A stretch of 64,000 bases of DNA, from positions 28,644,001 through 28,708,000 of the forward strand of contig OX597817.1 in the NCBI GenBank assembly GCA_951406725.2. Reading direction: 5' to 3'. A model generated the notes under the pieces. That model was given only the letters and a program-made list of their open reading frames with translations, was not told the DNA's origin and ran no database searches. Position 1 is the stretch's first letter, and every line of letters starts with the position of its first letter. The position numbers were made by a program, and so were the translations under genes. Positions 1 to 13,593 of this stretch are shown piece by piece. This DNA comes from Octopus vulgaris (taxonomy: Eukaryota).

Positions 1-59
1 ATAAAAAAAAAAGTTATTAGAAAATTGATTTTTTTCAACTTCAAATATGATTTTAATTT

Positions 60-131
60 TGTGGGAGGTGTGAAAATTAATCAAACATTTTCTTGAGGTG
101 CAAGTGCATAGAAAAAGGTTGGAAACCATTG
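60..131. mobile_element. Terminal fragment of a hAT (Charlie-like) DNA transposon
   Basis: aaaaaggttggaaaccattg at 112-131; its reverse complement CAATGGTTTCCAACCTTTTT resembles the Charlie-type terminus CAGTGGTTCCCAACCTTTT. The other end is not visible. Confidence 0.45.
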
Positions 132-1024
132 GAAAAAAGTAAAACTGTGTTCTTGAATTTACGTTTTGATGTTAATATAGTTTTAGATATTGGGGATTTT
201 AATTTTACCTTGGAGTCTGCAACAAACAATAATTACTAGTGCTTTCTGGTTACAAAATCTGATACAACCAGAATAAATTAGTCAAATCATGTATCTCCAA
301 TAACCAAGATTTCAAATCGACACCTAAAGGCCTCTTCAAGTGGTTTTAAATTGTTGCCTTGGATTGATAATCTTGTATTCGTTCAATGCACCTAGTAATA
401 TTCAAGGAAGAAAATAATGAAAATAAAAGCTAATTACAATTGGAAGAAAATGTTATTTGTTAACGTGGAGTGGTCACCTGTTATCAGTAAGCAAGAGTTT
501 CAAACTAAGAAAACAGATTTCTTCTAACCATATCAATTATTTTTGATTTCTCGAAAAGTTCTGGTCAGACTAAGCTTTTAATTTCAACAGAGTGCAAACA
601 GAGAAACATGTTTTCCATAAAAATGAGGAGTGAGGACAAAGCATGTTATTTGTCCTGAATACAGTTGCATAGCGAAAAGAATAACATTCAAATACAAAGC
701 TTGACAAATGGGGAGAGAGAAACAAATATTCAATTTAAATTTGAACAAATTCAAGATTGTTCATGTTTGTGATTTGTCGTTTTTATTGGTGAAATTTGGG
801 TTCTGTGACAATTGTATTGATTTCTAGGCTTTTAAGAAACCTCATGTTAGCAGCTTGTTTTGTCTTATTTTGAAACAGATCAATACAACTTTGAATATTG
901 ATATTTTTACAAGCAACATATGAGGTAACTGTAATTGAGTATAGTAATAAATTATTTTGCTCAGTTTTAAAATACAATGCATAATACAACTTTATGCTAT
1001 TTTACTTATAATATGAAATGCTAG

Positions 1025-1070
<46 letters not shown>

Positions 1071-1072
<2 letters not shown>

Positions 1073-1360
1073 TAAAGAACCCCTTTCGTCACGAATGTCC
1101 ATGGGATTGCACCTAGAAAGTTTCCCTCCAAGGCACATGTCAAGGTTGTTTGTGGAATACCAGCAGTCACACTGATGTTGGCCAAAGGCCAATGCAGCTC
1201 ATGATCATTAATGTTGCAACTCATTTCTACCACTTAGCAGACTGGAGCAATGTGACATGAAGTGTCTTGCTCAAGAATGCAATACACAACCTGGTCCAGG
1301 AGCTGAACTCAGAACCTCATGATTGTAAGCCCAACTCTCTAGCCACTAATTCATGTACCT
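1071..1360 (-). mobile_element. tRNA-derived SINE, decayed
   Basis: Minus strand has an A-box-like tagtggctag, a B-box-like gagttcagctcc and a CORE-like ttgagcaagacactt; it ends in (TA)n at 1029-1070. Confidence 0.65.
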
Positions 1361-1771
1361 TCAAATACACACACACACCTTCCCCAACTTATTATCCCCC
1401 ACTCCTTGTATTCATCACTCCCTGCATCTGCTCTAGAACCCTAACCACTCTTTACAGGTGTTGCTTACCTCCTCACCCCATTTCCTCATTCTCTTGCCCC
1501 ACCATCACAACACCATACATTCTTGCAACCCTTCTCACACTCTTAGTTTCTCTGGCCCCTGAAATGCTATCTGGGCACCTCAACACTACTACTATTTATC
1601 TCTTTGCAGCTACTTCTGACTCATTCTCACTCTTTCTTCTGAATGTGAGTAGTCATGTAGCTCCTTTACAGCAAGAACTTGCTCTGTTTCATTGCCTTCT
1701 CTTATATTTGAACCCTCATTTCCCAGCATAAAATCACTTTCTTCTTCATATTTTTGTAACCTGCATCGTGA

Positions 1772-1965
1772 TCTCACTAGTGCTGGTGGCATGAGAAAAG
1801 CACTCAGTACACACTGTAAAGGGGTTGTTATCAGAAAGGGTATCTAGCTGTTAAAACCACGCCAAAGTAGACACAAGACCACTATAAATTCCTCAGACTC
1901 TTTGAATTCTCTCAAACCATCCAACACATGCCAACATGGAACACGAATATCAAATGATGATGATA
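1772..1965 (+). mobile_element. 3' tail fragment of RTE-type LINE or derived non-autonomous element
   Basis: Shares gaagggtatctagctg...aaaccatccaacacatgccaacatgg...(GAT)n with the RTE 3' end at 45530-45673. Confidence 0.7.
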
Positions 1966-3962
1966 TACGTATGCATGCAGGTTTGTCTAACTGTCTGATT
2001 CTTCAAATATCCTGTATAAAAGGCAGGCTCATAAAACTGAGTCCTTTGCTTGATAGTTTTCTATATGTGGAGCAAAAACAGAGAATACTTGTTATTATTG
2101 CTTAATATTAATCTAAATCACCGGTTTTAATTCTTTCAATTGATTCATTTATGTATTGTATACCATACTATCTTTACACTCATAGTTATTATATGTACTT
2201 TGGTGCCTCCAAAATTTTGTTACTCTCTATACTTTACTCTCTATATTTAAATACTTTTCTGGTATATATTTTCGATTTTTGAATTTACAACTTGACTGGG
2301 TTATTACTTTTGCTATGTTTTGTCTTGCTTGGTATCTTTTATGGAAGATTTTTTTCTTTGCCTTGTCAAAGCTATTTAAATTTTATTCTTAGTTTTAATT
2401 TCATAGATTCTACTTTACCACATAGTTGTCTCTTGTTTCTGCCTCTGTTTTACATTTGTTAATACTTTCAAACATGGGAAACTACACTTGTTTGTTGATT
2501 GTCTTTATTAAATATATTTTTAAAATTCTAGTAAAACTATTTATCAATAATATTCTTCTTGGTGAACAATGTTAACTTTTGCATTTGTGACAGATACAAT
2601 CTTCCAGTTTCAGCTATCTGGGAGTTCCCTCTAAGAACGGAACATGTTTGTTAACTAGTCATGATGGGGCATGAAGAGTCTTGTTCTTTGTCTAATGTCT
2701 CTACTAGTAAGGTTTGGATTGCTGACAATATGAACAATAATCCAGCGGAGATTTTCTCCCTATAATGTTTGCTTGTTCATTATGGAAATATTACATAATC
2801 ATTTACAAAACTACATAATCTATAGTGATTGGTAGAGATTGTTCCTGAAATATTTCTGAAGACTGTATCTCTCAAATCAAAGTAAAGCAAGGTGACTGTA
2901 GAAGTTAATCTGTTAATTCTTTCTTTTTCTGAAGGATAGTTTTGTCTTTTGTTCAGCGCCTGTAATCTATTGACACCAATAATTTTTTATTTCCATCAAA
3001 ATTTTGGGATTCAGTTAATTTTTGACATTTACTTACTATTCCATTCAAATGCCAAACTCCTTGGAATGTATTACTTTAAGTAAAAAAAAACAAGAAAATT
3101 TTAAAAATCCTTTTGGCAATATCTAAATTTTTCCATCTCAATTGACAGAAATAAAATAGAAACAGCTAAAGGCTTTCGTTCTTTTCTATTCTGGCTCCAA
3201 TTACATTTTTCTTGGTCAAGTAGTTTTGCAAAAAACGCCATGGGTTCATTTGGCAAGTTGAACATTTCTAAAATACAGATATATTCCCAGGTTAACTGTA
3301 CAATTTCCATGAATGTCATTTCTAGTGATTCAAGTATGCTAAATGCTTTTTTGAAATATATTTCAAGAAAATATTTATGTGAAAAGAAGTTTTTCAAATG
3401 TCTTGAATATGGTAATACTTATTTATATATATATATATATATATATAGACAACATATATTACTAATTATAGTAGACACTATATCGTATCAGGTTATTATC
3501 TTTGAAGTGTCTCTGTATATCATACCTATGTTTTTGAATAGCTGATTTAATTCCAATATTTTTTTAAATCCTAGAAATCTTTTTTGGAAATCTTTTTTTG
3601 GAAATCTTTTTTTACGGTTAATCCAACAGTTGCTTATGACTATAATGTAAACCTATAAGTAAACTCATTATTCACAGCGAACATATGATTATTATAAACT
3701 CTTAATTTTAAGTATACTTATCACTGTGCTGATGTGAATAATATTTCCATCTTTTACTTGCTTAAATCATTAGACTGTGGCCATGCTGGGGCAGCCAAAT
3801 GTATTGAGTACTTATTTTTATATTCAAAACCGGGTACTTACTCTATTGGTCTCTTTTAGTGAACTTTGGAGTTATGGGGATGTAATCACACTAGCACCGG
3901 TTGTCAAGTGGGGATAAGGGGACAAACACAGGCACAAAGCCGCTCACACACTATCTGAAACT

Positions 3963-3995
<33 letters not shown>

Positions 3996-3998
3996 TTG

Positions 3999-4274
3999 TG
4001 TAACATATGGTATAATTATAACCTTAATCAATTCTTGAACCTTATTGAGTTCTCATCAGAGGTGTCTACATCATTCTGACACCCTCCAGAGAAACAAGCA
4101 GCCAAACTGTTTATATACTCAACAAATGCAGCAGTTACTCTATGAAGGAGTCCCTAATTTGCATACTGAAAGTGTTTCACTCTCTATAAATACCAGCGGC
4201 CTGTCAACAGGAATCTTAGCCCACACAGTATCAAGGTTTGATATAATATATATGTAACATATGCTATCATTATA
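3999..4274 (-). mobile_element. Retrozyme/Penelope pLTR-like unit bounded by a 22-bp direct repeat (period 254 bp)
   Basis: tgtaacatatggtataattata (3999-4020) vs tgtaacatatgctatcattata (4253-4274), 20/22 identical; contains a hammerhead-like motif. Confidence 0.5.
4021..4063 (-). ncRNA. Decayed minimal type-I hammerhead ribozyme
   Basis: Minus strand ACCT-CTGATGA-GAAC-tcaataag-GTTC-AAGA-ATTGAT-TA-AGGT: stems I and II pair perfectly; the GAAA box is mutated; stem III restores to the palindrome AATCGATT if one CpG decay is reversed. Confidence 0.55.
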
Positions 4275-7200
4275 TATTTATCCACGAAAGGCTTCTTTTC
4301 AGTTTCTGTCAACCAAATCCACTCACATAATAAAGCAATCAGTTGGTATGTGCAAGGGAAACCGTTTCACCCGTTTTTATTAACATCCAAATGTCTCTGT
4401 CACATTGAAAGTGTGAATTGGGTTTTTGATATTGCTTCAGTTATTTTGAGGACAATACATTTCATCTCCAATATACATTATAAACACTTATATGGCCATC
4501 ACTGTTACAATTAAAAGGAAGACAATCCTGAAACCACTGTAATGTTAGACCTAAACTCAAGCTCATTTAAACTTTTGTTAGTTGACATAATAACTTATAT
4601 GATGTTTTCAGAAACTAAGAAACTATAAATAAAAAAAAAAAACCCTAAAAAACTAAACTTTCTATTATCTGTTCTAGAAAGTCTTTACTTATTCTGTAAA
4701 GAGATTGAGAAAGAATCTAGACCAAAAAATATAATAGCTAGAAATAAATCTGCTAAAATTGATTAAATCTTTTGGCTTCCAATTTTCGTAATAAACTTAA
4801 AATTTTTTTTTGTTGATTCTTTTATTTATTTTTCTTTAAAGTTATCCTTTCTCTTCTTTATCTTTAATAATTGCTTTGAAATTTTTAACTTAGGTAGAAA
4901 ATTGCTGTCAATGTAATTTATCAGATGAAACATATGCTGAAATTTTTATATTAATATTTTCCACATGGCTTGCATTTACCAAATATGAATTTTCTTTCAT
5001 TTTTTTTTTCTCATCAAAATGCTCTGAGAAGTTTGTAATTAGGTTAAAATAAACAGGTTATGCTGTCCCTAATTCAAGACTACACTATCACAATTGATAC
5101 TCATGCTTTTCTTCCTATTCTTTCTAATATTCAATCCCATATGACAAGTTGTTTACAGATTAAAAAAAAAAAGAGTCTAAACTAAACATTATTTTGAAGA
5201 TGCAAGATGTGATGAAAATCATATTTATATTACATTTAAAAGATCACAGAAATATAGGATATTCACTTAAAACAGGTACTGTCAATTCTTAAGTCCAATA
5301 CCTTGTTAAATATAACAGCTTCAGTGTAGTGTCATCGTGTATGTGAAAAAAATACCTTAGAGTGAAATAACTAAACATTTTTCTGTTTTATTGAGAGAAC
5401 AAATCAGACATGAATAATTGAAACTTTTATATGTAAATAGCCTATTTATGGTTTTCTTTGAAGTTTACTGTGATTAGATTAAATTAAAATGGTTTCTGAA
5501 AGGTTAAATCAATACTGCAAACATATTTTCCCTTTACCGTTTGTCAAAATTCAATTACATATCTGCTTCTATAAAATCTTCCAAATTTCATTTTGTAATG
5601 TATTATATGAAGAAGCATTGATGTGCAGTTCATTTATTTCCCTAGTTATTGCTGAAAGGAATCATTTATTTGAAAGTTCCCTTCATTCCAGATGTTATCC
5701 CCAAAAGAAATTGAACTTCTAGAAGTAGAATAATTTCCTTCCAGCCTTTAACATATTACATCAAAACTTGCTCTTTCTATATTTCCTTTCAGTAATCAAA
5801 AGATATGGATCAATAAACTTGTCCTTGATCCAATATTCTCTACTGCAATTTCAAAGCTCTAGACTTGCATTTGAAATGACTATCCTCTTTCAAAGAAGGT
5901 ATTTTAAGTTGTTCATCGTCATCATCATCATCATTATCACTACAGACATAACTATCAGACTTAGAGCGACCATCATCATCACCAACATTACCACAACTGC
6001 CGCTGCCACCACTTCCACCACCACCACTACCACCACCACCACCACCACCACAATCATTAAAAAATGTTTATTTCTTTTTGTTAGAGTAGAACATTATAAC
6101 AGAGCAAGGCATAATAAGAGAATCTTGATTACATTATGAGTGCAACAACCATTTCAGTAGCTGAACATGTGTAAATGAAATGGAGATTTTGTTGTTGGAT
6201 GGTAATGACATTGTCGTATGAAGGAAAAAAAAAACCAGTAATATATATAAGCTTATCTGTATAGATTCTGTATAGAATTCAGAGGCAGCATATATGTATA
6301 TATGCATATACATACACACATGTATACATGTATGTATGTATGTATGTAATGTATGTATGTATGTATGCACACATATATATATATGTATGTGTAGTATGTG
6401 TGTGTGTGTGTATGTAGATAAAAGGTATGTGGTAACTAGATTAAGATTTAATTGACTTTTTAATATACAGTGTTTGTATTTAATTTCCTCTGTACCTTCT
6501 TGTATTTAGTCACTATTAAGTCAAATTAGTTTTTTCTGAGTGAAACAATTTACTTACACTTAGGCAATTTAATATTTGATAGTCATTGATTAAATGTATC
6601 TAATTTATTTAATAATAATTTTCGGTTAAAAATATAATTTCATATATAATATATCAGAGTCCATCAGGATGCTGCTAATGCAGTACCATTCATCTCATAG
6701 CATTATTTATTTCACATGTAAATCCAGAATCCATCATCTGACACCTATCTAAAACATAAAGTGTATAAAGCCTATTTCGAATAGATTTGACTCTTGGGCA
6801 GTTATTTATCTGAGCATTATTGTGGTAACAGAATGAGACTAGTATTTTTCATAATTGTGTTGGCATGATTTTTTAGCATCCCCTTTTTATTTATGATTAT
6901 TAAAGACAGTGAATGACAGACTAGTAAAATAGGAGACAAAAAGTGCTGTGGTATTTAGTTACTCTCATTTTCATTTCAAGTTCACAATTAATAAAATAAA
7001 TATAAGTTAAGTAACCAGGTTTCTTCACACAGTTGCCTCTGCCCCTACACACATTAGGAGAAGCAAATGTAGCCTGTGTCAGTGTAAGAAAATATCAGAA
7101 TTAAAATGAAATTTAATTGTACATTTAATCTGGAATTACTTTCAACAGCATTATCTTGATAAAATTACAATCTATGCTTATTATATATTCATAATCACAC

Positions 7201-7399
7201 CTGCTAATTATACAGGAAGGAAGATTGTATTAATACATATTAGCTTAATAATAGTTATGAAAGTTGCCTCTTCTTCTGTGACACATCTTTCATTTTCTTC
7301 TACCTCATCATTCTAATTTTTTGGACTAATTTACATTTTAAGACTTTGTCCATGCACAGATAATAACATTTTTTTCACTTTTTGATGCATCCCATCAAT

Positions 7400-8095
7400 C
7401 ATCGTTATTTAATGTCTATTTTCCATGCTGGCATAGGTTGGACAGTTTGACTGAAAACTGGTAAGCTGCACTAATTCCAATCTGATTTGGTATGGTTTCT
7501 ACAGCTGAATACCCTTCCTAATGCCAACTATTCCAAGAGTGTAGTGAATGCTTTTTATATGCCAGTTGTGAAATACCAGCATCAGCCATGACTGCAATCT
7601 CACTTGGCTTGACAAGTCTTTTCAAGCACAGTATATTGCCAAAGGTCTCAGTCACTTTGCCTCTGTGAGGCCCAACATTTGAAGATCAGGCTTCACCACC
7701 TTGTCCCATGTCTTCTAGGGTCTCACTCTTCCACAGGTTCCCGCCACATTTAGAGGTCGACAATTTTTCATATAGCTGTCCTCATCCATATGTGCCACAT
7801 GACCATACCAGTGCAGTTGTTTCTCTTGCACACCATATCTAATGCCTCTTATGCCCAACTTTTCTCTCAAGATGCTTACACTTTGTTGTGCATGCACACT
7901 AACATTTCCCTCCCAGTGAATCATACTAGCTTCAATTTTCAAGCCTTTGCATGTCCTCGTTGGTCATAGCCCATGTTTCACTACCATATAGCATGGTTGT
8001 TCACACACGAGCATCATACAAGCTGCCTCTTACTCTGAGGGAGGGTCCCTTTATTACCAACAGAGATAGGAGTTCTCTGAACTTCACCCAACCTG
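7400..8095 (-). mobile_element. RTE-clade LINE 3' portion (ORF C-terminus plus 3' UTR)
   Basis: ORF 7715-7942 LREKLGIRGIRYGVQEKQLHWYGHVAHMDED...GRVRP is an RTE C-terminal motif; colinear with 44670-45670. Confidence 0.85.
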
Positions 8096-8706
8096 ATGTT
8101 TAAACTTAAATGTAGAAAAACACAAGCATAGGTTAGATTCCAAATATTTTGACTAGTTCAAGTATACACAAGGGGTACAAACATTGTTTATCTGCCTATT
8201 TTTCTTTCACCTGAGCAAAAAGTAAAGCATAGCAGAATTTAGCTTGGAATATAGAAAATGAAATTTGTATTAAATATCTAATTAATCATAGTAGTAGCCA
8301 ATCTGATTATTTTCAAAATATCCAAAGTGGTTATCTTTCTAAGACAAACCTTTATCCCTTAAATAATATCAGTTGAGATCATTTTCTTTTTGCTCATATT
8401 TGTTTGCAATTAGTTGTCTTTACACACATATATATATATAATAAAATTATTTGCTTTAAAATGACTGAAGTTAACAGATGTTCTCTTTTGATTAACAAAT
8501 AGATTTAAATTGCTGTTTACAAAATTCACATTAAATTCAGCAATTAACTGATCATTTATGATGACATCATCAACAAAATTCTGAATGTATTAGAATAACT
8601 GTAATGCATCTGCACATGTATGTGTAGACATAGGCAAGATATTTTTCAAGGAAGAGTGGCAGTTGGTCCATGCATGTAAGTTTCATCGCTCTATGCCACT
8701 GATATT

Positions 8707-9035
8707 TACGAGGGGCGTTCAATAAGTAATGCCCCTGACCCACTTCCCATAGCAGTAGAGCAACAAAACTTGGCACAGTTATTAGTCTTTTTCTACATAG
8801 GAACCACCCAGAGTTAAGCATTTCTCCCATTGTTTGATGCAGCTCTGGAGACCGTTTTTGTAGAAGACCCCAGCTTGATCCTCCAACCACGACGTGACTT
8901 CAGAAATCAAGGCTGCATCATCTGGGAAACGCTTTCCTTTCAAAAACAACTTAATGGCTGGGAAGAGGTGAAAATCAGAGGGTGCAAGGTCAGGAGAGTA
9001 GGCCTCTATCTGAATGACTTGGCTGATGCAGGTTG
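8707..9035 (-). mobile_element. mariner transposon 3' fragment (transposase C-terminus plus TIR)
   Basis: YSPDLAPSDFHLF...KGKRF...WEKCLTLGGSYVEK in ORF 8782-9051; TA-cgaggggcgttcaataagtaatgccc terminus at 8707. Confidence 0.92.
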
Positions 9036-9139
9036 ATGCCAGTATTGGCATAGGTGTTACTGTTAGAATGAAAGAGCTGGAACAGCTACCATATGGTATC
9101 TCACTTAGCCCTCTTACAATTTTGCCAATCTACCATCTT

Positions 9140-9265
9140 GAATTGGTACCAAAAGGATGAAAGCATAGTTGGTCTTGGTGGGATTTGAACTCAGATCACA
9201 GAGAACCAGAACAAATACCATGAAACATTCTGTTCAGTGCTTTAATGGTTCTGCTAATTTTCCAC
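9140..9265 (-). mobile_element. SINE family B fragment, decayed
   Basis: aaaggatgaaag...ggatttgaactcaga matches the copy at 51790-52017. Confidence 0.55.
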
Positions 9266-10890
9266 CTAGCATCACAGCCAGCAACTGCATTTATTGCAAC
9301 ACATTGTCCTCAAGGTACAGTGCTAATACTCTCCTTCAAAAGCAAACAAACAACAACCTTGTGTATGATATCTCTACCACTCTATTAAAGAAGCATCAGC
9401 ACTTCAATCTGAAAGAAAGAGAATAGTGAAATTCACCTCTTTCATTCTAGATGAATTTTGTACCAATTACCATTTGAAACTCTCTGTGAAAGCATCTCTC
9501 TAGTGGAAAAGCTAATTAAGGAAGTCAGTGAGTGGCTCATTGTAAAACCATTATTATCAATTGAGGAAAATTCAAAACATATCATTTTTCATTAATCTAA
9601 TTTTTAATGTCATTTTATTTTGTAATAAATCAATTAATAGTTGTTGTTGATGATAATGATGAAAGTGATGATGATGATGATGATGAGAACAATGCTGATT
9701 GTTTCTCACTTATGCACAAAGCTTCATATTTGATTGGAGGGATTTAATTGAGAGTTAATAAAATACTTCCAAACAAATAACTGTTATTTCCCTTGTACTT
9801 TGGCAAAGTCTGGCAGAATTTGAACCAAGAAGGTAATGTAATGTATCCAATACCAAATAATTTAGTTCAACATTCTACTTATTCTGCCAGCCAACACAAG
9901 TGTAACAACAACAACAGCAATAATAACAGCAATAATAATAATAATAATAATAATTTATTATTATCAATATATTTTGATTAAAGGTTATTTTGAAGAAGAA
10001 TATATAAGTTGATATAAACCATATCAACAGTAGCTGAATTGGAATGCAATAAAATGTTAATTTTAAGTTTGCTCCCCCACCCCAGCTATTTTATTTGCAG
10101 TGTGAATACAATCTCTATATCAACCATTAATTCTACTTTTAAATGATAATGGTGCCATATTTGAAAAATACTGGAGAATTTAGATGAAGATAGATAACCA
10201 TTAAATATGTGATAGAATCCTATCTTCTATCTTCAAGAGCAATTCTTACTTTTTTAGAGAGTTAGTTATCTCTTTCAAAGAATAATTCAGATCCATATTA
10301 AAAGCATTTATTTTCCTCATTTACATTTAGTATTGCTGTGTGAATTAATGTTTTTTTTTCTCTGTGAATTCTTTATTTTCACAGAATATCTGACATTTTA
10401 AAATCATAAAATATAAATATATAAAAGGCAACAAAAAAGCTGTTAGTTTTTCAATGGGAAATATTTTTAAAATTGCCAAAAGTGGAAAATCAAATTGTCT
10501 GAATATTATTATGGAATATATTTTTTTATTCCTAAGTAGGCTAACCTACTTAAGTGTATCTCTCTCTCGCTATCATTCTTGGTTTTTTTTTTCTCTTCCT
10601 GCTTTCTGTGTATATGATTACACACACATATAAAGAAATTTATAAAAAGGACAAATTTGTTTTCTTTTCAAGTGCTATTTCATGTTATTTCATACCACCA
10701 AAGCAGAACAATTTGTCCATAAAATAACTAAATTAATACCAGTCACTAATTTAAAAAAAAAAATAATTGAGTTTTTTAAATCCTTTCCTTGTTTTCTCAT
10801 GTTTAAGATTTACTTGTTGAACTAACTGAACCAGCTAAAAAAAACTGTACTGTAAGTTAATTTTCAGCAGCATTGAAATACCTCATACCA

Positions 10891-11117
10891 TAACCCTTTA
10901 ACATTCAAACTGGCCATATCTGGCCTAAATATTCTACCTGTTTTATTTCAAACCAGCCAGATGTGGCCTCTCACACCTATCTTACAATTTTCTTCTAAAA
11001 TTAGGTAATCACATAATGAAAATTTCAAAGCTACAAGATAATACATGATTAATTGAAAGCCATGTGAATAAATAAGCATTATACTTGACAGAATAATCTG
11101 AAGAACCAAAGGGTTAA
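10891..11117. mobile_element. piggyBac-like MITE
   Basis: Termini taacccttt...aaagggttaa (TTAA-CCC...GGG-TTAA type); a second copy in the opposite orientation at 28710-29519. Confidence 0.7.
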
Positions 11118-11139
11118 ATGTAACAATCTATTACTTTCA

Positions 11140-11485
11140 TGTGGATGCTTAAATCACCTGGTTTTGAGTTCCGTCCTACTGCATGACACCCTGGGATGAC
11201 CAATGACACACAAGTGAAATTTGGTTGAAGGAAACTATACACAAGCTTGTTGTGTACATATGTTTGCACATACACGCACATGTATGCATGCATGTGCCTG
11301 TGCACACACACAAACGCACAAGCACACACAGAGTAAGTGGTTGATGTTAGGAAGGGTATCCAGCTGTAGAAACCATGCCGGAGCAGATAGCAGGGTTTGG
11401 TGCAATCTTCTAATTTGCCAGTTTCTGTCAGACGGTCCATCCAATGTCAACATGGGAAATGAATGTTAAATGATGATGATGATGA
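11140..11485 (+). mobile_element. Decayed SINE-like head plus RTE-type 3' tail
   Basis: ttaggaagggtatccagctgtagaaacc...gttaaatgatgatgat tail at 11335-11485; family-A-like head at 11150-11250. Confidence 0.55.
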
Positions 11486-12415
11486 GAAGGAGAAGGGTTT
11501 GTGTCTGTGTGTGTGTGCATGTCTTTGTTTCTGCAAGTTTTCATATTGAAAACATTTGAGCTGTAGTCTACTTATATCTCTCTTGAACAATATGACTGTA
11601 GCTCAGTGTATTTGATGCTTTTGTGTGAAAACCAATAAAATAAAAATACTTTACTTGGCAAAAAGGGTTGATGAAAAGAATCGCATCTAACCATAGAATG
11701 CTGCCTCAACAAGTCTTGCCCAACAAGGCTCACATGAGAAGAGAGGACATAGAAATGGTGATGAGCATGTATCTGATTTATTAAAATGCTGTTAGAATTC
11801 TAATTCCCTGTCCCAACAGTACATAGTTATATTCATACTTAGTAAAGAGTTTACTTTACTGAGGAGGTCAGAAAATTGCAGAAACATTTTTAGAGTTCTC
11901 TCCTGTAATTATAGGTAAAATAAAAGTAATATTATTTATTGAATAACATTGCTTTTTATTCTCAGTATATTTATTTCTAATTAACTTTAAAATGCTTCAT
12001 GCATTAATTATATTTACATAAACTTGTTGCTCAGTGTTCAAGTGGATAGATTCTTTGAGTTAATTTTTAAACATAGACGAATAATTTAATAAGTTTAAAT
12101 TTTATTTTCCTCACCTACTTATTTCTTCTAACATACTGAAGCTTATTATTGTGAAGCTAAATCTTTCAACTAAGAAAATTTGGATGAAGCTCTCTCTCTC
12201 TCTCTCACATGCGCACATGCATTTGCACAAGTAAAATTTAAATTTTCATGGATAGTCAATTACCTATATTCATAGTTGCTCACAGACACAGCTTCATTTC
12301 TGACATAAATGACTGTATCTAAACATATAGAGCTAGGAATACATATTTACAAGATGTATATTTTCATATATACATTTTCATATACCCAAATTATTTATCT
12401 ACACACACACACACA

Positions 12416-12490
<75 letters not shown>

Positions 12491-12761
12491 CACACAAGTT
12501 GTTTCCTTCTGTAATATTGTGTATTTATAATGAAAAGGAATTTGCATTTAATTACTAACAGCTGAAAGGAATAATTTTGTTCTAATTTGTATTAGATCTT
12601 TAATGTTTTCAACAGATTAATTTTACAAAAGAGAAAAGAATTTGAAGCAAAATATTAAAAGTGGAATAGCATTACTTGTATTTACCATTTCAGTTTTTTT
12701 ATGTATGTGGGTGCATATAACAAACAAATATAACTGAAATTGAAATTAATATGCATATGAT

Positions 12762-13127
12762 AAATTGATATCATATAGGTAGAGTTGAGAATGATTTGGA
12801 AAGCTTGATACCAGGTTTGGTCTTAATTGGGCTAGATACTTTTGCCAAATTCTCAAGATGACTAAAGCATTGTGAGTGAAATTTGGTTCATGGAAACCGT
12901 GCAGAAACCTATTGCACCTGTGTGTGTGTGTGAAATGGTGTAATCAACATCACATGCATGCATGCGTGCATGCACACAAGTTTCTGCATGGTCTCCATGA
13001 ACCAAATTCCACTCACAAGGCTTTTATCATCTTAAGAATTTGGCAAAAGTATCTAGCCCATTTATGACCAAACCAGGTACCATGCTTTCCCAAATCATTC
13101 TCAACCTTGCATATTTGATATCATTTT
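12762..13127. mobile_element. Foldback/MITE-like element with ~150-bp inverted arms
   Basis: 12762-12910 is the reverse complement of 12978-13127 (e.g. gggctagatacttttgccaaattc / gaatttggcaaaagtatctagccc), separated by a microsatellite spacer. Confidence 0.8.
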
Positions 13128-13134
13128 ATATATA

Positions 13135-13552
13135 CTAGCTTAAAAGCAACACTCTGTGTGAACTTTTATGTTAGCAACTGCAGAAAGGCTAACTATGCCT
13201 ATGGCCCAAAACTAAAGAGAGCAATAAAAATAAAGCATTTATAGGTATTACCCTTACCAGTATGGTATTTTCCTTACCTAAATGGTATTACTTAAAATTC
13301 AGTTTAAATGAAAAACTTGTAAATTCACAAATTTTTAGAATTCTTCTAAAATTTGAATCTGCAACTGTTAGCACATAGCAAATCCTCATTCAGACCTGAT
13401 CCCAGGGCTGGATGTTCAAGAACCAAATGAAGGGCAGATTTTCAATCTTGATTCTGAAAAGGTATATGTCTATGTAGAGCAAATGTAGACTGAGATACAG
13501 GGGTCCTGGATGGACGGACAGACAGAATTTCACATTTATTATTATTATTATA

Positions 13553-13555
<3 letters not shown>
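13135..13555 (-). mobile_element. Non-autonomous Helitron-like element, decayed
   Basis: Minus strand begins ...ataataaatgtgaaattctgtctgtccgtcc and ends cacacagagtgttgcttttaagCTAG|t. Confidence 0.5.

Positions 13556-13593
<38 letters not shown>

Larger units (their letters stand above)
3750..4328 (-). mobile_element. SINE family A copy split by an insertion (3' part 3750-3950, central part 4285-4328)
   Basis: Both parts match the reverse complement of full-length copies at 38578-38990 and 62420-62840; the insert lies in the SINE's internal microsatellite. Confidence 0.7.

Noticed and set aside
1267-1731. 154-aa ORF
   Set aside because: Runs from a SINE into a C/T-rich tract; no recognisable domain.
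2594-2706. Acceptor-like tttgtgacag at 2593 with a possible gtaagg donor at 2707
   Set aside because: Stops in all three frames and weak signals; it could be a terminal or non-coding exon but cannot be supported.
5768-6139. 123-aa Thr/Ile-rich ORF
   Set aside because: Product of (CAT)n and (CAC)n microsatellites.
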